This document shows, piece after piece, positions 21,312-31,394 of a DNA stretch of 33,254 nt. Within the stretch, counting starts at the first letter, position 1. Each line of letters starts with the position of its first letter. Made by a program: the position numbers and the translations under genes. Under the pieces are notes generated by a model. That model saw only the letters and a list, made by a program, of their open reading frames with translations, was not told the DNA's origin and made no database searches. The stretch comes from Octopus bimaculoides (Eukaryota): NCBI RefSeq assembly GCF_001194135.2, contig NC_068989.1, positions 71,826,203 to 71,859,456 on the forward strand. The letters run 5' to 3'.

Positions 21312-22185
21312 GGGGCAATTTGTTTATTTATTTATTTATTCACAGACAATTATATTCATAAACCATAAACTATTATTACTTACCAAACCGTGCTCCTAAA
21401 ATTAATTAGTTCTCGCATAATTATAAACAACGTGAAGTATATTTGCCACTTAAATGTGGCTGACCCCTAAGGGTGGATGTTACTGTTGCTTTTAGCCCCA
21501 ATGTACTTCACCTTGTCGTGCAGTTACTGTTAATACCTCGTTCAGAGATTTAACATTGCTTATAAACAACGTGTTAAATATTAAATTTGTGTGTACGAAA
21601 ATGGTGAGTTCTTAAAATACACGTAAAACTATTAATGATAATATTAGTTCTGCCAAATTTTGGTACAAGGTCAGCAATTCTGAGGGTGGGGAACCGATTA
21701 CATCGGTCACGATAGAATGAAAGGTACAGTTGACCTCGTTAGACTTTAGACTCAGAGAGACTAATGAGTCGGAAACTAACAATTTAGCTCATCGTCTGAA
21801 TAACGATAATAATAATTTTTAAGGTGGCGAGCTGACAGAATCGTTAGTACGCCAGGCAATATGCTTAGCGGCATTTCGTCCACCCTTACGTTCTGCGTTC
21901 AAATCTCACCGACGTCAACTTTGCTTTTTACCTTTTCAGGGTTGATAAAATAAGTACTAGTAGAGCACTGGGGCCAACGTAATCTGCTTACCCCTTCTCT
22001 AATATTACTGGCCTTATGCCAATATTTGAAATCAATAATAATAATAATTCTTTCTATTATAGGCACAAGGCCTGAAATTTTATGGGGATGCGGTCTAGTT
22101 GATAACACCGACTCCAGTGCTCAACTAGTACATATTTTATCGACCCCGAAAGAATGGAAGATATAGTTAACCTCGGAGGAATTTG
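21312..22185 (+). repeat. Local direct duplication, copy 2 (with two later insertions)
   Basis: Shared blocks TTATTCACAGA.AATTATATTCAT, GCTCCTAAA.TTAATTAG, GTGTTAAATATTAAATTTG, GTCTGAATAACGATAATAAT, CCTCGGAGGAATTTG. Confidence 0.85.
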
Positions 22186-22828
22186 TGCGTGTGCGAGTGC
22201 GCGTGTGTGTGTGTGTGTGTATGTACCATCCTCATTGGATGGTATATAACCTCACCTTGAATAGGAAGCCGAAATTTGCCAGTCAATTTCCCACTCCCGA
22301 TCACCAAGCTTTTTGACAGTTTTGGTATGTATGCATGCACGTACGCACGCACGCACGTGTGTGTATGTCTAAGGGGTTGATTAAAGAAAGGGACAGTCAA
22401 ATACTGTTTTAATATAGGTGATTCAGACCTTCTCCATAAGTTTTAGGCCTTGTCTTCCTTGAAATAGTCATGATTTACATGGAAAACACGGGGGAAGGGA
22501 TAAAACGCGTTTTGTGTGTGTGTGTGATGGAGAAACAGAATTCAAGGAGACTAAATGGTGGTCTTGATCAGCGCAAATGTTTACTTAAACGTAAAGAAAT
22601 ATTGTTTCGGTATGCTGCTGGTGGGCTCACCATCGTAATATCAAAAGTTTCCTTTCCCGCTCGATTCGTGTGAATGTAGCACTCTGTACTTGAATAAGCA
22701 ACTTCCTTTCAAGTTGCTTCTGTATTCTCCTGAGATGTAATGAGTATCAGAATGTGTGTGAGAGAGAGATATAGAAAGAGGGGGGGGAGTGTGTGTATGT
22801 ATGAATATGCATGCATGAATGTTACGTA

Positions 22829-23156
22829 CGAGGTCTGATCAACAAGTATCCGGACTGTTGCCATGATAACGAAGCTAAAGCACGCTGAGTGAAGTCGTCC
22901 GGCACAGATTGACCTTAAACTCTGCTGTGCATGCGCACTAAGTTTTAACGTTCTAGCTCGCTTCCGCACCACACGATCACACGCTACACACCTTCCTTCC
23001 AAGCACTGTTGTAAACAGCGGAAGTGATCTAGAACGTTCAAACTTAGTACGCATGCACAACAGAGTTCAAGGTCAAACTTTGCCAAGCGGCTTCACTCTG
23101 CGTGTTTTAGCTCCGTTACTATAGCAATAGTCCGGATACTTATCCATCTGACCTCG
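22829..23156. mobile_element. mariner-type fold-back MITE
   Basis: TA|CGAGGTCTGATCAACAAGTATCCGGACTGTTGC ... GCAATAGTCCGGATACTTATCCATCTGACCTCG|TA; imperfect complementarity continues for ~139 bp per arm. Confidence 0.88.
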
Positions 23157-23282
23157 TACATACATAAGCGCAGGCGTGGTTATGTGATTAGAAGTTTGCT
23201 TCCTAACTGCATGGTTTCGGGTTCTGACCCATTGCATAGCTCTTTGCATTTACCTCCTCATGCCGTTACGCATTTTCCTCAC

Positions 23283-23365
23283 CTTGGAGAGAATCTCCAC
23301 GTGGTATTACCACGAAGCGTTTTGGCTGATTCGACGCTGACTTGTTTGACATCATATATCTTCAT
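23283..23365 (-). CDS. Candidate upstream coding exon giving an in-frame N-terminal extension of the SAT exon
   Basis: AAAAC ATG context; reads MKIYDVKQVSVESAKTLRGNTTWRFSP-AG| with near-consensus donor CCAAG|GTGAGG in phase 2. Joined to T ATG of the SAT exon it gives AGT ATG (S-M) with no stop. Confidence 0.45.
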
Positions 23366-23986
23366 GTTTTCTCGTTTTAATGTCTCTCGTTCTCTCTCTC
23401 TCCCTCCCTCTCCTTTTTCTCTATGTGTGTGAGCATATTTCTCTTTATGTATAAGAGGAAAGGGAAAATGTTCAATTAATAAATGTTCCTCTCTCAGCTT
23501 TTCTATTTGCATGCATATGTTTCTGCACGCACGCGTTTCCTTTCTGTGCCAAAAACTACAGTCGCCCAAACAGGTTCAATGTCCAGTCAGCCGTGCCAAA
23601 TCATCAGCGTCCAAACAACCTTGCCCAGCTGTCTCATTCTGTACCAGATTAGTCTCCCAATTCCTGGCATCAATGAGTTTCAGATCAGGACGCCCACATA
23701 AGTTGTGTTTTCTTCGTTTTGACACGGATTTCTTCAATTATTTATTTTTACTATGCCTTTGGAAATAATGGTGGGCAGCTTTTTATGAAAAAGTTTTGAA
23801 AATTTATGATTTTGTTTACCGCGACCTGTTACCTCCACTACCAATTTTGGCGTTTTTTTTTTTTACACTATACCCTTAAATACCACGGGAAAAGCCTTTT
23901 CAGTAAAAGAAAATTTTTGAAAATATTTTGAGACGAAAAGCTTTGAGATTTTAAAAAAGATTTAATTGTTGTTTCTAACACATACC

Positions 23987-24372
23987 GTGGAGGCGCAATG
24001 GCCCAGTGGTTAGGGCAGGGGACTCGCGGTCATAGGATCGCGGTTTCGATTCCCAGACCGGACGTTGTGAGTGTTTATTGAGCGAAAACACCTAAAGCTA
24101 CATGAGGCTCCGGCAGTGGATGGTGGTAAACCCTGCTGTACTCTTTCACCACAACTTTCTCTCACTCTTACTTCCTGTTTCTGTTGTGCCTATAATTCAA
24201 AGGGTCAGCCTTGTCACACTGTGTCACGCTGAATATCCCCGAGAACTACGTTAAGGGTACACGTGTCTGTGGAGTGCTCAGCCACTTGCACGCTAATTTC
24301 ACGAGCAGACTGTTCCGTTGATCGGATCAACTGGAACCCTCGTCGTCGTAAGCGACGGAGTGTCGACAACAA
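23987..24372 (+). mobile_element. Family C tRNA-SINE, young full-length copy with 12-bp TSD
   Basis: GGAGGCGCAATGGCCCAGTGGTTAGG (box A), GGTTTCGATTCCC (box B); TSD CTAACACATACC at 23975-23986 and 24373-24384. Confidence 0.92.
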
Positions 24373-24404
24373 CTAACACATACCACGAACACCTTCCCAC
24401 TTTT

Positions 24405-24790
24405 TATGTCTTATCTGTTATTTCCTTCAGTCGTTGAACTGCAGCCATGCCGAGGCACTTTCTTGATGAGTTTAGTCAAACAAATTTACATCGGTACCTT
24501 TTTTATTCTGTCGTTCCTTTATGACGAACCACTATGTAACGGGGATGTAAATAAGCCGGATGCAATTGTGTGTGTATGTGTGAGCACAAACACAAAGACA
24601 CACACACATACATAAACAGATACACACATACAACGAGCTTCCGTACAGTTTCTGTCAACTAAATTCTCTCATAAGACGTTGGTCAGCCTGGGGCTATAGT
24701 AGAAGATACTTACCCAAAGTGCCGTGCTTTGGGACTGAACCCAAAACCACATGGTTGCATAGCGAGTTTCTTAACCACACAGTCATATAT
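24405..24790 (-). mobile_element. Family A SINE, older copy, adjacent to (CATA)n at ~24810-24910
   Basis: GGGGCTATAGTAGAAGATACTTACCCAAAGTGCC..GGGACTGAACCC..AACCACACAGTC. Confidence 0.8.
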
Positions 24791-25221
24791 ATGCGTGTGT
24801 GTGAGTCTATACACGCACATACATACACACATACATACATACATACATACATACACACATACATACATACATACACACACACATACATACATACATACAT
24901 ACATACATAGGCACGTACGTACGTACGTGCATGCATTTACACCAAAAAATGCCAGAAAACTTGGTGATCAGTGGTGGGAAAGTGTCCGGCGAATTCCGGC
25001 TTCCTATTCAGGATGAGGTCACGTTCCATCAAACGAGGAGAACCCGATAAAATACCTATGGAAGAGGTATGATGCTCCCACTTCCTTACTAACAGAGGCA
25101 ATGTATGTGCAGATTTGTATGTTTTATGTATGTATTCTCATGCATGTAGTTGCATATCTCGACATGCTCATACATATTTAAAAGAATGGATTAACAGAAT
25201 TCAAAGAGAACATGAAGCATA

Positions 25222-25977
25222 NNNNNNNNNNNNNNNNNNNNNNNNNNNNNNNNNNNNNNNNNNNNNNNNNNNNNNNNNNNNNNNNNNNNNNNNNNNNNNN
25301 NNNNNNNNNNNNNNNNNNNNNNNNNNNNNNNNNNNNNNNNNNNNNNNNNNNNNNNNNNNNNNNNNNNNNNNNNNNNNNNNNNNNNNNNNNNNNNNNNNNN
25401 NNNNNNNNNNNNNNNNNNNNNNNNNNNNNNNNNNNNNNNNNNNNNNNNNNNNNNNNNNNNNNNNNNNNNNNNNNNNNNNNNNNNNNNNNNNNNNNNNNNN
25501 NNNNNNNNNNNNNNNNNNNNNNNNNNNNNNNNNNNNNNNNNNNNNNNNNNNNNNNNNNNNNNNNNNNNNNNNNNNNNNNNNNNNNNNNNNNNNNNNNNNN
25601 NNNNNNNNNNNNNNNNNNNNNNNNNNNNNNNNNNNNNNNNNNNNNNNNNNNNNNNNNNNNNNNNNNNNNNNNNNNNNNNNNNNNNNNNNNNNNNNNNNNN
25701 NNNNNNNNNNNNNNNNNNNNNNNNNNNNNNNNNNNNNNNNNNNNNNNNNNNNNNNNNNNNNNNNNNNNNNNNNNNNNNNNNNNNNNNNNNNNNNNNNNNN
25801 NNNNNNNNNNNNNNNNNNNNNNNNNNNNNNNNNNNNNNNNNNNNNNNNNNNNNNNNNNNNNNNNNNNNNNNNNNNNNNNNNNNNNNNNNNNNNNNNNNNN
25901 NNNNNNNNNNNNNNNNNNNNNNNNNNNNNNNNNNNNNNNNNNNNNNNNNNNNNNNNNNNNNNNNNNNNNNNNNNNNN
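25222..25977. other. Assembly gap (756 N)
   Basis: N run. Confidence 1.
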
Positions 25978-26025
25978 ACATGTATATGTGTGTGCGTGTG
26001 CGTGAGTGTGTGTGTGTGTGTTGTA

Positions 26026-27243
26026 TTGGGTTGGCCAAAAGTCCGTTCGGTTTTTGTCAGCACTAAACTTCAAACACTGTAATAAGTACCTAGCTTTAAT
26101 CTGTCCCTTGCACATGCGCACTGGTTAGATACCTGACGCTTCAGGTATCTAACGTTGTTGGACACGTACTTGCGACGAAACAAATTGTATTTTGTGTGTT
26201 TGAGATCACCCTGAAAATGGAGAACCAAAATAATCAATATCGACACCTCATGGTTTTTTTTAAAATTATTATTCTAAAAATAGCAAGAGGGTGATAGAAA
26301 CCTGCAGGAAGAATTGTGCTCTGTACAGAGAGGATTTTGTTAGGGCACGTGTGTACCAGAAGTGGTTTTCAAGATTTTGATCGGGAAATTTTCCCGTTTA
26401 ATTTGAACCTCTCTCTGGCCGGCTAACTGAGATAAACAGCGACACCACGCAGACATTCCCCAAATATCTAAATCGAGTGTTGAAAACCATCTACTTCAGT
26501 CTGCTTACGCTAATAGGCTCAATGTTTAGGTCCCATATTAGTTGAATGAGGCTGACCTCGCCCACTGGATTTCCGTCTGCGATTCCTTGCAGAAACGTGA
26601 AGAAAACGATCCCTTGTTGAAGGGAATGGTGACAGGGGACGAAAAATAGATCGTCTATAACAGGGAGAAGCGCAAATAATCATGAGGGAATCGTGGCGAA
26701 CCACAATAAGCTATCTCCAAAATAGCATTTCACCTGAGGAAGATTAAGCTTTCAATTTGGTGAGATTGGAAGGGTGTTTTCTTGTACGAGCTTCATCCCA
26801 TTGACAGGACCATCAATTCGGATGTGTACGGTAATCAGCAGGACAAATTAAACGCATCCAGTATTTATTAATCGTAAGGACATTGTATTTTATCATGTCA
26901 ATGCTAGACAGCACACTTCTTTGCAAACGCGGCAGAAGTTACTGGGGCCTGACTGGGAAGTTTTTCTTCTACACTCACTCAACCTTGCGCCTTCAGATTT
27001 CTATCTGTTTCTGTCATTCAAAATTCATTGAATGGTCAGACCTTCAACTCTGAAGAGGACGTAAAATTTCATCTGGAAGAGTTGTTCGCCAGTAATAACA
27101 GGAAATAATGGGTTTGTTCTCGAGGTAACAGGAAGTACTGGGACGAAATGATAATTATATCAATGATTGAATAAATCAGTTTATGTTTACAACTTATGTC
27201 TTATTTTCGCTTAAAATACCGAACGGACTTTTTGGCTAACCAC
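26026..27243 (+). mobile_element. Near-full-length, inactivated mariner (DD34D) transposon
   Basis: TA|TTGGGTTGGCCAAAAGTCCGTTCGGT...ACCGAACGGACTTTTTGGCTAACCAC|TA TIRs with TA TSD. Broken transposase ~26217-27170: MENQNNQYRHLM, QKWFSRF*SG, MVTGDEK*, FYHVNARQH, NLAPSDFYLF, NYIND*. Many stops and frameshifts. Confidence 0.92.
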
Positions 27244-27676
27244 TAAAATGTGCACTGTATGAGTACAGTTATAACATTTCTTGGGAGTATAATGACCGTG
27301 CGATGTGAGGTGACGAGAATAGCTCTTTAGTGCCGGATCACACGGCCAATACAATAAAGAGAAATCGAATTGAACAAATAAATGCCAGGTAGGAAAGAGA
27401 GACACAACCGCGTTATAAAGATTAAAAGAATATTTATTGATATGTTAACATGTGTGTCTGTGTGTGCGTCATGTATACAGAATAATAGACAGGCCGCCAT
27501 GAGAACAAAATGTATGTGTGTGTGTAAGCATTGATGTATGCGCGTGTTAAGAACATATAAGGATAGCAATGAAGAGGAGACAGTGAAAGAGTCGAAGTGA
27601 GAAGTAAGTTCATAGACACAAGAAAGATGACAATACCAGTTCGTAGTCATTAGTACACGGTAGTTGAGACACTGTA

Positions 27677-27895
27677 TCAAAAAGTGGCGGCCATAATGCT
27701 GAGCTGAATACAGGTACATGTCGTACGCGAAGTCGTGGATGTGACATTGCTGCCTAGGTCACTTGTACAAGAGTTGATGCAGGTTGTATATTCGCTTGTT
27801 GATCCGTGGTGTAGTAATTCACCAACGGTGAAGTGTTGGAACGTGGGTGAATTGCTATATACGTTGAGAGATGATGCTGACGACGTTAAGGACAT
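27677..27895 (-). CDS. Candidate 72-codon Ser/Thr-rich small ORF or uORF, first ATG downstream of a TATA promoter
   Basis: MSLTSSASSLNVYSNSPTFQHFTVGELLHHGSTSEYTTCINSCTSDLGSNVTSTTSRTTCTCIQLSIMAATF*. ATG context GCCACCATCATG. No other ATG between the predicted TSS (~28051) and 27895. No homology recognised. Confidence 0.3.
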   Translation of the reverse strand: MSLTSSASSLNVYSNSPTFQHFTVGELLHHGSTSEYTTCINSCTSDLGSNVTSTTSRTTCTCIQLSIMAATF

Positions 27896-28044
27896 GATGG
27901 TGGCGACGAAGGCGGAGGTTGCCGTAATGCTGTTGGACGAAGTTGGCAAGTCTCAACGTAGCTGCTGTGGTGGTAGTGCTGTCTAGCGTTGTTGCTGGAA
28001 CTGGCAGTGTCTTTGTGGTCAGTGGCTAGACCTTAAAAGGTCTG

Positions 28045-28205
28045 GAAGACTCCGGAACGAGAACCTGGGTTTTTATAAGGAGCTGTAGGCTCAAAACAGG
28101 GTGGTAAACAGTCTGTCGAACACGATCCTATTTAGAGATTCCGACTGGTTATACACGGCAAGTGACAGATAAGAGACAAACTGCGCCAATACCAACCAAT
28201 CAGAA
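28045..28205 (-). promoter_or_regulatory. Putative RNA Pol II core promoter: TATA box, two CCAAT boxes, GATA site
   Basis: TATAAAAA on minus at 28070-28077; CCAAT at 28186-28190 and CCAATCAG from 28196; AGATAAG near 28167; unique, CpG-retaining sequence followed by a C/A-rich leader. Confidence 0.55.
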
Positions 28206-28625
28206 TAGTGGAAACAACGGGATCCAAATAGCAGGCAAAGGCTAGCTGTTCCCTGCTATGTTCGAATGCACGTATATATAATAAAATGGGAGAGCGGAAT
28301 TTCACCCGAATCTACGCTACAAGAGCTACAAGTATCTATTTATTCTTAGTGATTTATTGTACATTATTTGTATCAGTCATCGTTTCAACTATATTTATCC
28401 TAATGTTTCTTTTCTTTCTTTTCCTTTGGCACGAAACCCGTAAAGATGAAAGCTGACGGATGAACTTGTTATGAGTATTATCAATCGATTGGCAATAGCT
28501 ATAAAATTCATACCACTCCTCGTTTTCGTTATAAATAATCGTACGATTAACCCTACCAATATTGAGATAAATTATAACGTATGGGAGCGTCGCGTTCAAC
28601 TTGAAATGAGTTTAGTATAAATACT

Positions 28626-28689
<64 letters not shown>

Positions 28690-29838
28690 GATAAATAGAT
28701 AGATAGATAAATAGATACACACACACATGCACATTCGCACACACATGCACATTCGCGCACACATGCACATACACATTTATATACTTACATATATGTGTAG
28801 TTAGGCAAACATTCCGAGCTGCGTTCTGTTGAAGCACATCTGTCGATTCCAGTATTACAATTCACTATGTAGTTATTGTCGTTATCGTATTGATGTGAGG
28901 TACCTACTGGAGTTGAAAATTCTCGAAGTATTGTTAGCAGGGGATTATCATATAATAAAACAGGATTCTGAAAAATCAAATAAGGAATCTGGGGAATTTC
29001 TGCTAGGAAATTTCTTACATGTTTTCTGCTACAAGTACAATTTTGTAACTCCTATTGGCAAATGAAACATGTGTAATGGTGAATAAATAATACCAAAAAA
29101 TCCAGTGTTCGTCTGCCTTCCCTGAGATCTCGAACCTCTGCGCTGATTCTCCTGCGCATTTATATTTACAGCCCTATTCTGGCCGGAAAATAATGGGAAA
29201 ATTCCACAAGACAGCTTATGATCGAATGATCGCAGGTGAAATATGATCGGTTGGCAATTAGGCTGATGTCGCCTGATGTGCTGTGACCGACATATCCTTA
29301 CTGGGCATACGAGGTTTCGATTCTACGCTTCGCTACAACCTAATAGCTTCTTCGGAGCTTCTACATTGAAATGCACAGAAGTATACACACACACACACAC
29401 GCACACACAGACACAGACACACACACAGAGACGCACACACAGACGCGTACACACACACAGACGTATGTACACACACACACACACACACACAGAGGTATTT
29501 AGGGTAAATCCCAGCTGTTTCCTCTTGAAGCACGATGTGCTTATTTCATTATTACATTCAATATGTATCTATTATTGCTGCTGTATGTTAGTCAAAATAC
29601 ATATTAAACTTGAAAATTATGGAACTATTATTTGCTGATTTATGGTATAATGAAACAAATAAGTGGAAATTTTGTGATATTATCTATAATAAGTTATGAT
29701 TTTTTTTTCTCTGTCTAACGATTTTCTCATAGGAAATTCCTTACATATCTACTTAACAGGTAAATATTTTTGTAATTCCTATTAGCATATGAAACACAGG
29801 TAATGTAGAATAAATAATACCAAAAATTTCTACTTTCT

Positions 29839-29885
<47 letters not shown>

Positions 29886-30040
29886 GACACTAGATGTCCT
29901 TTTTTATTTTTTATTACTGATATGACATGATATGTCATATGTGTTTGTATATTGTTTTTATTGTCCTGTCCTCTTAGTTGAAAAATAAACAGGTAAATTG
30001 ACATAATACAATGTCTGCAAGTTGATGAGTACCATATATT

Positions 30041-30915
30041 TTAGCATGTGGTAGGACCGCCTTTGGCAGTAAGTACAGCTTGAATTCTACGAGTAATGGA
30101 CTCGTACAAAGTTTGAATTGTTTCAAAGGGAATTTTTGTCCATTCTTCAGCTAAAACAGTCTCCAGTTCTTGTAGTGATGATGGTGGAAGATATCGACTT
30201 CTTACTTGTTTTCCTAAAATGCATCATAAATGTTCAATAATATTGAGATCTGAGGACTGTGGTGGCCAGATAAGATGTTCAACTTCACTAGAATTTTCTT
30301 CGTGCCATTCGGTAACAACTTTAGCTGTGTGAATTGGTGCATTATCATCCTGAAAGATTGCGTTTTCCCCCGGAAACAGTTTCTGCAACCATATGATGAA
30401 TTTGGTCAGAAAAAATGCTTAATATTGACTATTAATTTTGCCATGAAGAGAAACCATTGGGTCGGCGAATTTCAACGATATAGCTCCCAGATCATCACAG
30501 ATCCTCCTCCATGTTTAACAGTTGGAAGAAGGCAGTCTGGGCCAAATGCTTCTTTTGGCTGTTTCCACACGTATACTCGGCCGGTGGTCGGAAATAAGGT
30601 AACATTTTCCCACTGCTTTAGGGACCAATTCTGTAGGTTTTTACTCCACTCTAAACGCTTTGCAACGTTTGTTTTTGAAAGTAGTGGTTTTCTGATTGCA
30701 TCCCTCCCTTGAAATCCGGTTTTGTACAGCTCCTGGCGAACAGTTTTTGTGGGAGCTGGGTTCTCGAGGTTGTCATTAAGCTATGCAGTAATTTTGGGAG
30801 CTGTACTTTTGTGATCCTTTCTAACAATTCGCGTAAGAGTCCAACGGTCCTTATCTGAAAGTTTTGGTTTTCTTCCAGAGTTTTGTTTCGACGACGAGGT
30901 TTTTCCCTCTTTGAA
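30041..30915 (-). pseudogene. Tc1 (DD34E) transposase pseudogene
   Basis: Minus strand reads EGKTSSSKQNSGRKPKLSDKDR..IRKPLLSKTNVAKRLEW..TVKHGGGSVMIW..FQDDNAPIHTAK..WPPQSSDLNIIEHL*..RRIQAVLTAKGGPTTC*; stops and frameshifts present; TIRs not found. Confidence 0.92.
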
Positions 30916-31169
30916 AGTCCGATAGATCTGTAATTTTAATGACTTTTAATTACCTTTTTCTGATGATATTTGAAAAGAAACAGCTATTTTAGTAAAACAT
31001 TCTGTAGTTCTTTGTCACAGACACACGTGAAATTTCAAGAACCGAAACGAAAGGTTCACCCGAAATTTGCTGTTTAGTCGTCGACAATCCGACCGCGTAT
31101 AGATTGTTGAAGGTTAAATTAACTTTGAACTTCTTCTTACCTAAGCAATATATATTTTTTTCTTTTTTG

Positions 31170-31340
31170 CAAGGCTACGCAAACATTTTCACATTTGATG
31201 AGACAGCTGTTCGCCGTGAGCTCAAAGTTAGTCAAAATTCTTGTTTGAAACGTTATCGGTCTATTTCACATATGCTTAATCCCATAGAGAAATGTTTCTC
31301 GTGCATAAAATATGTACAGAAAAGAAACGAAACTTTCTAT
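31170..31340 (+). pseudogene. Degenerate, internally deleted IS630-Tc1-mariner transposase fragment
   Basis: ORF 31104-31430 contains NIFTFDET (first-D-like motif) and SHMLNPIEKCFSCIK (SPxLNPIE-like E motif) abnormally close together. Confidence 0.45.
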
Positions 31341-31394
31341 AACAGACATACATGCACAAATAATAATCAATCCTACAGCTGTGACAAAACACAC

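Noticed and set aside
25115-26121. ~290-aa ORFs spanning the second N gap
   Set aside because: Almost entirely X; not real coding evidence.
27735-27986. 83-aa plus-strand ORF
   Set aside because: Starts at GTG, is antisense to the promoter-supported orientation, and has no homology.
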